A DNA stretch of 64,000 nt from Calcarisporiella thermophila CBS 279.70. Its lineage: Eukaryota; Fungi; Calcarisporiellomycota. The number at the start of each line of letters is the position of its first letter. The first letter of the stretch is position 1. The notes below the pieces were generated by a model. It worked only from the letters and a program-made list of their open reading frames with translations, was not told the origin of the DNA and did no database searches. Made by a program: the position numbers and the translations under genes. The stretch is from contig NW_027192209.1 of assembly GCF_041956535.1 (NCBI RefSeq), forward strand, positions 562,952-626,951. Reading direction: 5' to 3'. Positions 26,468 to 39,638 of this stretch are shown here, in pieces.

Positions 26468-26908
26468 TTAGAACTCAGCGGTGCCGGTCAAGCAGGCGAT
26501 GGGTCGCTTGTCCTTGGTGGCGATCTTGCCGGTGAGGGTGTAGGTGCCCGAGGGGATGTCGTTAGGAAGCTGGGTGCTGACGATGAGCTCCTGGGGACCC
26601 TTGGCAAGGGGACAGGTCTTGTTGGCCTTCTTAAGCTCCTCGCAGAAGTCATTCTTCAAGCGCTTGACCACGATGGGGCCGTACTTGATTTCGACCTCGA
26701 TGGTAGCGCCGACCTCGACTTGCTCGCTGAGGGTTCCCTTGGTCTTCAGGGTGACCTCCTCGCCCTCACGCGGGGGATTGGGGGTGATGGATGCGGACTC
26801 GAACTTGAAGATGTCTCCGGAGCGGCCACAGTTCTTGACCACGACGGGTTTCTGAGCGACGGCAACGGCGGCCAAAGCGGCGAGCACGAAGAAGGAGGAG
26901 AGCTTCAT
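26468..26908 (-). CDS. Secreted ML/NPC2-domain lipid-binding protein (PG/PI transfer protein-like)
   Basis: Signal peptide; 4 Cys; ITPNPP..G, DFCEE...CPLAKG, PNDIPSGTY, IACL; upstream TATA-like element (minus strand) near 26975. Confidence 0.9.
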   Translation of the reverse strand: MKLSSFFVLAALAAVAVAQKPVVVKNCGRSGDIFKFESASITPNPPREGEEVTLKTKGTLSEQVEVGATIEVEIKYGPIVVKRLKNDFCEELKKANKTCPLAKGPQELIVSTQLPNDIPSGTYTLTGKIATKDKRPIACLTGTAEF

Positions 26909-29124
26909 GATGGAGAAGTTTAGAGGAGGAAAGAAGGATGAGTGAGGTTGCTGGCAAGAAGGAGAGGATGGGGATTTATATACTCCAGTGTCTCGTCTCG
27001 ATCAGATAAATTGTACGAGACAGAGAACGTATCGAACCCTATCATCCGTCCGTATTGACTCACCCACAGGCTGTGAAGAGCCTTTGCAACCCTGGTAAGG
27101 TTGCAATTTACATAATCAGGCTCACCCTCTTTTTTTTTTCTCATGCTCTGGAGAGTTTGAACTTGAGGGAGATTTTAATAGTTTGATTTGATCTTCAATC
27201 GGATCCTCAAAAGAAAAGCAACCGGCAATAAATTTTGTGCCCTCCTCTCTCCACGCCGGCCAAGGTGCTAGTGAAGAAGGTTGCCCTGGGCTTACGGGTT
27301 TTGGTAATAGCGTACCAGTTACGTTTGTGCTAGATTACAAAAACCTTGTCGTTCTTCCTCTTACTTTAGACTCCTCAGTCAGTTCGCTCTTAGCATGTGC
27401 AATAAACCTTGTGCGCCCCTGTGCCCTTTGTGATCTCCGCACATTTTAAGCATATTAATATCTGGCTTAAAATGGCTGTGTGGTGACTTCCTTCACGATT
27501 AGCGTTCATTATCTCCGTTTTCATCGCGGCCTGCCGCAGCAGTGTGGCGGAGTTTTCAAAGGGGGGGAGAGGGGAATGCGCCAGTTTACCGATGCTATTG
27601 GTTAATAGGAGAGGAGAAAAGTGTGGGACGGATCTGAGAAAATAAACTGCATCAAGTCCTCTCGATTCCGGGCCGCCGTTGTCACCTTGTCAGCGCCTGC
27701 CATCCCGCCCGGCTGCGCTCTCCGGTAACTTCTGCGCAGAAGCTGCTCATCTTCCAGAGTTCCAATTAAGTTTAAGTGAATTTTAATCTAATTTAACTTC
27801 ATGGCCCCCCATCCCCCCTCTGCCCAACTTCCGTTTAGTTCCCTCCTCCCCTCCCCTCCCCCCACCAGCCCGCAATATCATGCTAGAAATCCTGCTCGGT
27901 AAGCAGATATATGCCCCGGATCGAGCGTGAGCAGTGCGGGAGCAAGTATGGAATATACACGACTAATACGGCGGGAGAGGGCCGGCGAGGTTTCAGAGCA
28001 AGTATGAAGTACACCTTCACGTGCATTCAAGTCCATTACACAAGCTAGCTCGGAAGGGGGGTGGGGGCGGTAAATATTTAGAGTGAGGGAAATAGAATAA
28101 GCGGGTTTATTACTTCATTATTGCTGTACTCAAGCGAAGCTTCATATGATGTAAACAGGGGGGGAAGGGAGGGTAGTTAAGATTCATTCAGAGGGGGTTG
28201 GCGTCCAGCCGCTAAGTCCTTTTGGTCACGGTGGTTACCCCACTTGATATCACCTGCAAACCGTAAAATGAATGCGATGGCGAGCTTGACCGTATTTGAG
28301 CAAGAGTCGCCTTGGGGGTGGGAATCCTCTGCAGTCTCCATGGGAGCCCTTTGCGGCCACCTGGGACGACGCGCAGCTTAGGGGATCCATCCGCAGACGC
28401 TCACGCACTGTGATCCTATTTGCAAATAGGCTTAGCGTCGCGTGGTTAGTAGCTTGGACTCCATCTGGCGTGAACTAAAATGCATGATACTTCAAAAGGT
28501 TGTTTTGCATGGAGGGTTGTTAACATGGACTGAAAATAAAGCTAAAGCGTTTTCGCTTTGCATCGCTTATCAATCCCACGCTTTCAACACTAATCTTGGT
28601 TGTATTGCATCTTCTATTTCGAAACCACCCTTTCTACCTATGCCATAAAGAATCGTCCTGATCCCATCCTCGGAGGATGGACTCGAACTCTTTGTAACCA
28701 AGGCGAATAGCCCGGAACGCTCTGTACCTGTTGAAGCCGTCAATGCCGTGCGCCATCCAGAGTCCAATCCCTATCTCAAAACTGTTTGGCCGCCCTGAAC
28801 GCGAGATGCTAAGCCTTGGCTTTCTGAAGTATTCTACTGATTCACACAAGCGATGTTTTATTATTGTGCATAGGGGATGGGTTGTTATTTTACTCCTAAG
28901 CCAATCGAAGGCCACCACTGAGACTAAGTAGAGTCAAAAGCCAAGAGCGCACACGTTCTTATTTTAGAAGAAGGCATTGCCTAACGCACTATCTGAGGGC
29001 GTATTGTTTTGTCGCACTTTGCCGCTAAATCTGGAAGATGCGAGACTCTCAATTCCAATCGGATCTCTTCGACCCTATACTCCGTTGTGTATCGCAGCGT
29101 GAATCGTAGGGGCAAGAGCGTATT

Positions 29125-29403
29125 CCATTGCATACGGTTACCGGCATCAACCTAATTCCGAGAAATGGCGGCTTGCAATGGATGGCCCACGTGGCCAGGA
29201 TAGTGGGATCCCTTGTAGACGAGCACGAAGAGGCAGAATATATTCGGAAAATTCCTACCTTCCACCCTGCGCTCTATCTCCCGTACCACTTGTGGGCCAT
29301 AGCTGATGGAAATCTTCAAAATATTTTCCCACCCTGATGCCGATGGTGGCAGGGTGCTGTGTTTCACAACACCGCATCTGGATGATTCCAGTTTGGACGC
29401 CAA
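29125..29403. repeat. Dispersed repeat, copy A (paralogous to ~34725-34983)
   Basis: ttgcatacggttac(c/a)ggcatcaacctaattcc...atattttcccaccctgat...ggcagggtgctgtgtt shared by both loci. Confidence 0.85.
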
Positions 29404-30683
29404 TCTCCCCTGCCCGCTTCGAACCACCAGTGCCTTTCTACAGCCGAGTCCTACTTCTCTTGTAGCTAAGCTGGTTTCAATGTTAGGCCCTGGTTGAAAG
29501 GTACTGCCTGTAGTGTTGCTGACATTCATCTCTTACATTAGGGTGGCAACCGAAGGTGAAGTATTTGTATGCGAATTTGATTGCTTCAGGTTATAGAATA
29601 CCTTCAACAATAGTGCAAAACAAGCGGTCTGCTATTCAAGTTTCTAAGGCTTTCACTCGACTTTTAAACTCACCAAAGGATTAGAAATCTAGTACCCATG
29701 CTTATCTAAACTAGGACGATATGCTGTACTAACTCTCGGATAACTCCTGCATTAGTATCTTATTTTCTGCTCAATGCAATCGAGGCTGACATATGGGAAT
29801 CAAGCACATTAAGTTACTCGTAAAACTGTATTGTAAATCACCACGTGTTTCCAAGGGCATTACCATCCATGCGCGCAGTTTTAGCCGAGGCTGACGAGTG
29901 CATCGATGCCAGGTAGTTAAGGGTATTAAAAAGGAGTGGGAGGAGTGAGGGGGATGAGACGCAATAAAAAATCTTGGAGATTCTGAAAGCTGTGGAATGG
30001 AATTTCATTGAGAGGACTGTGGATGTGCCGTATTTTCCGTGGTTGCTTGTATTCGAGACGTTAGCTTTCTCCAGAAAAGAGGATGTGCTGGGAACACTCT
30101 TTATCGTTATAGCATCCGTGATACTAGCCTCCTAATCAATGCCGCTCTCTCTTTTAAGAGGGGAGAAGCCGTCAATTGCTCTTCTTCTGGTTCAGAGCAA
30201 GCAGCCATAGGGCTCGGGGACCAATTACGCATGATTAGCAATAGTCCGATGGACCCTATGGCTCAACCACATGACTCTCTCCCGGAAACCATCCCACGGG
30301 CGGAAGAGAGGCGCTGACAGAGCCATTTGCCATGTCATCTAGAGATCATTTTCTGGAGCACCTTTGCTTCGAGCCCCCAAGCATCGATCATCCTTGTGCT
30401 CATATGAATAACTGATTGGTGTCTTATTTGGCATAAATGTGTAATAAGTTAAAAAAATTTACTGAAATTGGCCGCAATATAAGAGGCTGTGTCTTTTTTA
30501 ACGCAGTTAAAATAAAGATCAAAACCTAGCGAAGAGTTTTTAACCACTCAAAGTGTTTCCTGAACGAAGTGCGCAATACGCGTGGAATATTCTCTTATTC
30601 TCCGCCTAAACCATCCCCTTCTTGGGGCTTATAATGCTTGAGTCGCCGTTGCATATATAACTGGCTAATCGGAACCAATCATC

Positions 30684-33600
30684 ATGACCGTTAACTCCCG
30701 ATCGCGCTTTATAGAACACATAGATCATATGTACACCCCGGAGAATCCGCAGGATCTATCTGTCGCACCAGGGCCATCGCAACCCATTTTATCCGTTGCC
30801 ACCACAGAACAAGAAGAGGAGACTGCACTGCGGGAAGACAATGCAGCTGCAGTTTCACAAACACATGGGGGAGGTTCTGTAAACGCTAATATGGATGAGG
30901 CTGTCGCAGCCACTCCAAGTTATGGCAATGTCGATGAACAAAGTGGCGATGGAGGTGGATTCACCACGGAACATAGGAATGTCCCTGAGCAAGCAGAGAG
31001 TTCCAATGCAGGAGACCATACACCTGTTGTAGGGGCATTCAATCCACTTGCTGAAAATCATTATCCCGATTCCCATTCAAACCCTCGCGGAATGGACTAC
31101 AAGGACAGCAACGGGGCATCCGATCCAAAATATTACCAGCATATTAGTCGCATCTCTCGCCTCACCCCACCATTCAGACTTCAAACCACCACCTCCGTCC
31201 CATATTGTCTGTTGACCTATCTCATCGTCCTCGTTTTTTTCGCTTGTACCATGTGTCTCTCCTGGTTCATGGTGGACTCACTTCCTCCCGCTCTCTCTAC
31301 CGATGCATCTACACAAGGCCTCTTTTCCGCCCAGAATGCATGGGATCACCTCAGTATTATTTCTAATTCTACTCGCCCGGTGAACTCCCAACGCAATGTT
31401 GAGGTTCGCAATTATATCGTCGATTATCTAAATCAAATGCGCCAGCTAGCTATCCAGTATAACCGAGGGGTGGACGTGGTAGTGGATGACCATAATGTGA
31501 CGGGAACCATATTAAACGGAACAGACAAAACATTTTACTATTATGGATCCTCGAATGTCATGGCACGTGTAGTGGGGACAGCCAATACTAGTGATGCTAT
31601 CTTATTATCTGCTCACTATGGTATGTAGAAGAACCTGCTTCTGTGTGAGGTCTCATTGGTTAACGCTCTCCTCCTCACACCCTTTTTTTTATGTTTGCTT
31701 TTAGATAGCGTCGATGGGAGTTATGGGGCAACAGACGATGGTATTGGCATCGTGGTCATGATGGAGGTCAGAACACACTCATCCATGCGCTTATATATCC
31801 AATCCAACCTCACCGTGTACTGAATTTTTTTCCCTATTTTAGATCTTAAAAAGTCTCATCCATAATCCGGTACCGGCAAACGTTATATTCAATTTTAATA
31901 ACGGAGAAGAGGATCTGCTCTACGGTGCATTGGCCTTTGTTAAGAGACCGGATTTTTACAATGAATGCCGCGCATTTATTAATTTGGGTAAGCCATAAAA
32001 TTTTATAAGTAGTTTGATTCAAGATCTGAACATGTTGATTCGATATATGATTTTGTAGAGGGGGCGGGTGCTGGTGGACCATCGATGCTCTTTCAAGCGT
32101 CGACACCTGCGATTTTGGACGCCTATCGCCATGTTCCTTATGCTCACTTGAACTCCATTGCTGCAGACCTATATACTTCCGGCCAAGTTCAATCGTGAGT
32201 ATCCAGCCGTATAACTGCATGAGCGGATGCACTTCTTTTATAATATTCTTATTCCAAAATAACTTTGACTATGCTTTCGTTTTCCTTCTCTAGGGATACG
32301 GATTATTCTATCTACACAAATCGGTACAATACCGGCTCGACCTGGATTCCTGGAGCGGATATAGCCCTTTATCAGCGCCGAGGCCTCTATCACTCGCCCT
32401 CCGATAATCTAATCCACCTCACTCCCGGCTCTTTACAGCAAATGGGGTCAAATGCTCTCGAAATGGTGAGGTCCCTTGCATCCAACCCCGAACGGTTGCG
32501 GAGTGAGGAATTCACCCACCAGGATCGATTGGTATTTTTTGATATCTTGGGCCGAAAAGCAGTTATATATCGGCTTAGCACCCACATCATCATGAACGTT
32601 GTGGCAGTGGCAGTAGTGCCTATTGCTTTCGTGCTAGGCATCGTGGGGAAAAAATGCAGGAGAAACCGCCAGGGTGAAGACGTTACAGTATTGGTGATGG
32701 TGTTGGTGGTGCTTAGAGCGTTTTTGTTTGCAGTTTTGAGCATCCTCGTGGCAGTTGCATTGATGGTCGGCTTCAGTTATGCCATAGTGGCTCTAGATCC
32801 ATTTGTAAGAAATACCTTGGTTAGATGCTAAGAACGAGCTCCTCTAACCCTATCCATTCCGTGATATGATAGGCCATATACGGCTTTCCCTTATTGACGT
32901 TTTTTCACTTTATTTTCCTTGCGCTTGCTGGATTGGCATTTGGCCAATTCCTATGGACTTTACTTGAGCGCCGCTTGTTTGCTCAATCCGCTTGGTATAA
33001 CAATGGGACCGGCACCACGCTTGTCGTGCGTACTTCCTCGTATCGCCTCGGCAACCCCCTTGTTCGTGAGCGTGCACTCACCTATGCCATGGTGTGGTTG
33101 TGGTGGCTTGTCGTGATAATAGCACTAGTCTTTGCCATCCAACTCTCAATTGGGAGTGGGTATTTTGCCGTGTATTGCTTAGTGTGTGCCTCTGGTGCAG
33201 CACTGATAAGCTATCTGTTCGAGGGGAATAAAGAAGAACGGTGCTTTGTTGGGTGGTGGCTGGCGAGATTGGTAGTCGGCTGCTTCTTCCCGCTAATCCT
33301 TATAGTAGGCATAGGGTACTTGACTGTATTTGGGGTCCCGCCATTGATCATGGATGGCTCAACTCAATTGCTTCCCTATGGTGAGTAGGACGTGTCTCGG
33401 AAATTCCTGGATGGACAGAACTGACCTTGGATATCGTTTCTCTCTCTCACTCTCCCCTTTTATTCACAGTGTTTTTCATACTGGTGACAATCAGTAAGTG
33501 TTTGCAGGATCGGTTCTCATGAACTATCTCTTTGACTAATCAAGGAATTTGCCTCCTCATTCAAGTCGGGACAGCGCTTGTCTTGCCATTTATGCAACGC

Positions 33601-34413
33601 TCAGGACGCGAGGGCATCACTGCCGTTGTTTGTTTAGTGGTGGCTTTAGCACTCTTCATTCCTCTCGTTCGCTTGTTCCCTTTCAATGACACCTCCGCGA
33701 CGAAACGCGTTTTCTTCCTCCACACCTACGAGCCACTCACTGGGAAGTCTAAAGTCAACGTCCTTTCCTTGGGATCCTTGGGTGACATCATTGATTCAGC
33801 AGCGAATGCGGGTGCCAATATTACGAACCCGATATGTAATGAGACGTCTTATAGCCCAATGGTGAAATGCACGTATGACGTCCCACCACCGCCAGGATTT
33901 TCCAACACAAGTGCCGCGTCAGCACCTGCCGTCGTGGTGACGCCCATTAGTAACCCTGAGAACCCGGCGATCGCACAATATACAGTGGAACTGAATGGAA
34001 CCGCATCATGTCTTCTTCATCTCACCGACATGGATGCCAGAGTTGCCCGTTTCTGGGTGGACGATATGGACCGTGACTTGTGGGCCAATTCCGGTAAACC
34101 AAGAAGGATTGAGGTGCAGCTTCGCAACGACAACCTAGCACCCAAGTTCCAGATCAACATCGAGCGGCGGGCCCCACCAGTTGGGCCATCAGCCGGTCCC
34201 AATATTATTCCGGTGCAGGAGAGCGAATTCTGGGATATAAGCTCGAGCAAACTCACAAGTCTTTTCGTGGATTGTCGCTTCTCCTCGAGCGGGCGAAATG
34301 GAACCAAATACTCTCTCGCCGTGGATGATTTCCTCGCCCACGTTGGAGATTGGGTGATCACCTCCCCTTATGATCTATATTATTTAAGGGCGATAACCTT
34401 GATTTCCCTTTGA
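30684..34413 (+). CDS. Membrane M28 metallopeptidase (Pff1/ERMP1-like), multi-exon
   Basis: ILLSAHY|DSV...GATDDGIG, FNNGEEDLLYGA, NL|EGAGAGG, DTDYSIY, YHSPSD, followed by many TM helices. Confidence 0.9.
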
Positions 34414-34630
34414 TTCATATCTATCAATATACGTTGTATTTACCCCTTTCCCTCTCTCCCCTACCATCGTATGATATTTAGTTATTGTAGTATATTGCAA
34501 AATAAATATTGTTATCTTCATTTGCTTTTTTGTGATATATTCACCTTCACCTTCTTTGTCTCTTCTGAATGGATACTTCATTTTTACCCCCATTTCATAA
34601 CCCTTCTTCCCCTTAGTCTTGCCCATTGTA
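34386..34630. repeat. M28 gene end / 3'UTR, duplicated at ~34990-35235
   Basis: ggcgataaccttgattt...atatctatcaata...gtgatatatt.accttcaccttc...cttagtcttgcc in both copies. Confidence 0.85.
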
Positions 34631-34724
34631 ATTTAAACCTTGGAATTTCTGAAGTATTCAATTGATTCACACAAATGATGTCTTATTATTGTGTACGGAA
34701 GAGAAAACGAGAAAATTATACTCG

Positions 34725-35235
34725 ATTGCATACGGTTACAGGCATCAACCTAATTCCCATAAATGATGGCTTGCAATGAACGACCCACGTGACCTTTGGA
34801 AGATGGGTAAGAAGAGGCAGAGTGTATTCAGAAAATTTCCATCTTCCACCCTGCACTCTATCTTCCATATCATTTGTGGGCCGTAGCTGATGTGAAATAA
34901 ATATTTTCCCACCCTGATACTGATGATGGCAGGGTGCTGTGTTGCACGACAGCGCGTCTGGATGGTTCAAGTTTAGACGCCAATGCAATAAAGGCGATAA
35001 CCTTGATTTTTCTTTGAATCCATATCTATCAATACACGTCGTATCTACCCTTTTCTCCTTTTTCCCTGCCATCGAGTGATATCTAGCTACTTTACAATAT
35101 TGCAAAAAAAAAATCTTCATTTTCTTTTTTGTGATATATTTACCTTCACCTTCATTGACGTCTCTTCTGAATGGATACCAGGTTTTTAAATTTACTCCAT
35201 TTCATAATCCCCCTTTCCCTTAGTCTTGCCTATTG
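34725..35235. repeat. Composite duplicate: copy B of the 29.1-kb repeat fused to a second copy of the M28 3' end
   Basis: Direct sequence similarity to 29125-29403 and 34386-34630. Confidence 0.8.
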
Positions 35236-35825
35236 TATTTATATTCCCTTACGTCTTGGAATTATTAAATTAGTAAGCTGTATATTTCACCACCCATCTA
35301 TGAATATAGAAACCCCTACTTATAAAGGGCATTTTACCAATTAAGCACTTAGAGATGAGTAGTTTGCTTTTCAAACATGTAATTATGAGCCGTGTCATCT
35401 ACCCTGAAAAATCACTGCATTTATAATGTAAAATTTTGACCGGATATGAGAAAACATTACAAAGGATACTTCAACATGAGATTGAGATCCAATTTTAATA
35501 ACCACACTAGACTCGTTTTAGGCTAGTTTCAGTTTACTTTAAGAAATATTAGGGGGAAATAGGTCATTTCAAATAGAGAATAATTCCTCCAATCAGGCAA
35601 ATCCTAGAAGGGAAGATTTTACTAGAGTTGGAAGGATCCACCCCCCTGGACTGGGAACCCTGAAAATTATCCTTAACAGAATTAATAAAGTACTTTAGCT
35701 AGATTTTCTCGGGAGAATAATAAATGAAAAATAAAATTAATGCGTAGAAGCCATCCGTCCTTCACGTTCATTATCCCTTTCCATCCTAAAGTCCAGAGAT
35801 CGTGAATAATAATACGCTCCAAGCG

Positions 35826-37301
35826 ATGTATAAACGCGTGCACTTCAAGTACCTTTTACTGGCCCTCCTCAATCTCATAGGACTGCACTATCTGTTTTCA
35901 TTCTACTTCTCCGGACGGAGGCTCATCCACTCTCCAGAGATGGTTGATATATCCACGGATAATACTGCCAGGGTTCAACCCGCCCTCACTGAAACTATCG
36001 TCAGCAACAAGCGCCGTGCTCGCGCGGCACTTGTCGTCCTGGCACGCAACACGGATGTATATGAAATGCGGAAGTCGATGCAGCAGATGGAGGACATGTT
36101 CAACCGAGATTATGCCTATCCCTGGGTCTTTCTAAATGAGGAGGATTTTAGCGATGACTTCAAAGAAATGACAAGCGCCATGACCAATGCACCCACTTAT
36201 TACGGTGAGTCCCATGCCGGTGTGAGCTATTTCCATTCCTTCTAAGAGCTCCTTTGGCTTTTAAAGGTAAAATTTCACAAGAATATTGGAGCATCCCTCC
36301 TTGGATTGACCAAGAGAAAGCACGCCTTGCGCGCGAAGAAATGGCAAGGAATAAAGTCATTTATGGGGGAAGTTTGCCCTATAGGCACATGTGCAGGTTT
36401 GTTCTTGTTCAGTTAGGCTTCCATATCGCTCACAGTTGAATGGGCATCTTATCATCCCCAGATTCGAGTCGGGCTTTTTCTATCGCCACCCGCTTCTCCA
36501 GGACTTCGACTACTACTGGCGCGTTGAGCCGGGTGTAGAGTACTTCTGTCCTGTGGACTATGACCCCTTCCTATTCATGCAAGATAATGGCAAGAAATAT
36601 GGTTAGTATTTTCGCCTATTCGTTCAGTTAACCTTTTTGCGAACCCTTCCTTTCATGCGCTCTGATATGTTGCTACTGGAATAGGATTCGTAATTACTTT
36701 GCACGAGGTGGTCGAAACCGTTCCCACGCTGTGGGAGACGACGAAGCGCTTTATGAAAGAATATCCACATCTTATTGCAAAGAATAACTCGCTTGAGTTT
36801 GCTTCCGATGACAATGGTAAAACGTGGAACTTGTGTCATTTCTGGTCCAATTTTGAGATCGGCGACCTTCGACTGTGGCGCTCCGAGGCATACACCAAGT
36901 ATTTCGAGTATTTAGACAAGGAGGGTGGATTCTTCTATGAAAGATGGGGGGATGCCTCGGTGCACACACTAGCCGCGTTGATGTTTCTGAACAAGGATGA
37001 AATTCATTTCTTCAACGGAATGGGGTATAAACACCCTCCAAACACGTTAGTATCTAGCTGTCATTTATTGGGAGATACACCCGAAAGGCTAATTTGTCTA
37101 ATTTCTTGAAGATATTGCCCGTCGACGAGGAAACTTACTATTAATTGCCATTGCAACCCCTTCCACAGCGTTGGTAAGTACTCACAATCCGAAGTCTCAA
37201 TGCCACTTCCACTTCGATACCCTAACTACTCTTTGTATTCAATAGACTTGTACGGTATTACGTGCAACCCTAGATGGAAAAATATCACTGGAATGAGCTG
37301 A
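35826..37301 (+). CDS. GT15 alpha-1,2-mannosyltransferase (Kre2/Ktr family), multi-exon
   Basis: Type II TM; ARAALVVLARN, YPWVFLNEEDF, YRHMCR|FESGFF, YYWRVEP, CHFWSNFEIGDL, GGFFYERWGDA. Confidence 0.95.
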
Positions 37302-38150
37302 TTTTTCTATTTGTATATTCAACCCCACATCCTATTGCCTTATTTTTTTTCCGGTTTTCTATGTATTTCTTCTCAACCTTAATATATATATGTTTATTGC
37401 AATGACGAGCTCGAGCATAACAATTCCATCCTATAATCCATATCGCTACGCTCATTGCACCAAACCATCCATCTAATGAAATAACATGTCCCTTTGTTTA
37501 TAGCTCAATTGACCATCTGGAGTGCCCCATGGCCCTGTTAATTAAGTGTCGCTTTACTTTTGTAAGGGAGTTAAATATTTATTTGAAAAATAGGCATCCT
37601 CTGTGATCAATCCAAGCTAACTATTTTGCTTTGGGTGAGGTTCCGAGTTATCTTACTGGATGCCACCTACTTATTCAAAGCAACCTTTGGCCATGTAGTA
37701 GGTCGATCTTAGGTTATAAGTCGAATAAGCTCTATTTCTAGATTAAAACCATACGTGTACGACGGATTGAGCAAAACCAATGCATAAGCAGTCTTGACTT
37801 CATTCTCTTCTACTCTTTGCCTGTAGTCTTTTGTCTTTTGTCTACGCATCTCCCTTAATGGTGAGATGCTTTCTTCGAGAAGAATCCAATGATTGGGTGT
37901 TTGATGGCCCCACCTTCACGAGGTATGCACTATTGCTAAAATTTTCATTCCGTAATGCTAAATTGTATTTTATTGCTCTTTTTGGTAATTCCAGGCTTAA
38001 TGTTGTAATAAAAATAAAGCAAATCTCGTAGTAAATAAATGCACTAACTTGGATCCTTGGATTATGCTATTTTATTTTGGTAAATGCCACGTTTTGCACC
38101 TTCTCTCTTGGCAAAGTTGAGGTGTAATTGCCAGAGTCAACGAAACTGAA

Positions 38151-38199
38151 ATTACCATTTTGGGACAGAGATTTGTAATCTTTGTCCCAAAATGGTAAT
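38151..38199. repeat. Near-perfect inverted repeat (hairpin)
   Basis: attaccattttgggaca-gagatt-tgt-aatctt-tgtcccaaaatggtaat. Confidence 0.85.
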
Positions 38200-38708
38200 A
38201 TGAATTTCCTAATATGGTAATAAGAATTCCCTAAGGGAACCATTTTGCCACAAGAACGTCGGAGAAAGATTAAAAATTATCTATTGCCTTTGTTTAGGAA
38301 AAAAAAAAAGGGTACGTTAACTCTACACGTAAGCCAGCTAGTCCAATTTAATTAAATTCTTTAATGGGGAATTGAGCATTCAGCATTCGAGAAAGGTGAG
38401 TCTAGCTATTGCTTTGCTTGCCAAAAAATAACTTTGAAGGCATCCTATTTGTTATTGATTTCAACGATATTACTAATTCCGATGAAAAAAATTAGTTGTT
38501 TAGAAAATGGCATAACTGAATATTTGAGAGAAAGTACGCAATTTATTACTCATTTCAATATTACTAATACCAGTCACAAAATGAAGAGCATTGGCCAACG
38601 CATATAAATTGGACGAATTTTGAAGCCTTTAAAGAATGTGAATCGGGAAGCATATTAAGCCTTGCTATTGACTCGTTATTTCTATCAAGCAATTGTTGAC
38701 TACACCTT

Positions 38709-39638
38709 ATGTTGAGCAAAAGAACGCTTAAATTGAACACAGGTCAGGAAATCCCGGCTATTGGCCTTGGAACTTACGAAAGTAAAACGGAAAAAGAAAC
38801 GAAGATCGCGGTACTCAAGGCACTGGAAGTCGGATACACTCATATAGACTGTGCATGGGTCTACGGCAACGAACGAGAAATAGGAGAAGCCTTAAGAGAG
38901 GCCAAGGTTCCACGCTCCAACCTATTCTTGGTGTCCAAGCTCTGGAACACCCATCATAGACCAGAGTTAGTGGAAAAGGCACTCGACCAGACATTATCCG
39001 ACTTAGGGGTCTCATATCTCGACCTGTATCTGATGCACAGCCCTCTTGCTTTTATTCCTTCCGAAAAGGCCATCCCCAAGGACGAGAGTGGGGTCGCCAT
39101 TCTAGACGATGTCGACTTTGTGGACACGTGGATCGCCATGGAAAAGCTCTTGAAAACAGGCAAGGTGAAAGCCATTGGAGTCTCGAATTTTAACTTGCCT
39201 CGGTTAAAGAGATTGCTTGAACACTCGTCCATCGTCCCAGCGGTCAATCAAATAGAGGCACATCCGTTGTTGCTGCAAGAAGAGGTCTTTGAGTTTTGCA
39301 AAGAACAGGGAATCCACATAACTGCGTTTTCACCGCTAGGTGGACAATTTCAAAATAAGAGCACCATTTCTCGTGTCATAGACGAACCTCTGGTAATTGA
39401 CATTGCTCAAAAACTGAACAAATCACCAGCACAGGTCCTGATCTCATAGGGTATCCAGCGGGGTCAGTCCGTAATACCGAAATCTAGTCATCTCAAGAGA
39501 ATCGAGGAGAATTTCCAGTTGGACGAGCTTCCAGAAGAGGATTTCCATGCGCTATCCCGTTTGGGCAGCAAGAGAACCAAACGTTTTGTTGGATTCCGTG
39601 AGTTCTTTGGCCATGGCCTATTTGAGGATGATAATTAG
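38709..39638 (+). pseudogene. Aldo-keto reductase (Gcy1/Ypr1-like) with one in-frame TAG at 39447-39449
   Basis: IGLGTY, HIDCAWVYGNE, SKLWN, KAIGVSNF, NQIEAHP. The frame continues past the TAG as GIQRGQSVIPKSS..RIEENF to a stop at 39638; the TAG falls at the conserved W of AQVLISW. Confidence 0.8.

Noticed and set aside
13122-26908. SMase, aminopeptidase, hydrolase and NPC2 as a virulence gene cluster
   Set aside because: They are interspersed with housekeeping genes (VMA2, NEDD8, FGGY); nothing indicates co-regulation
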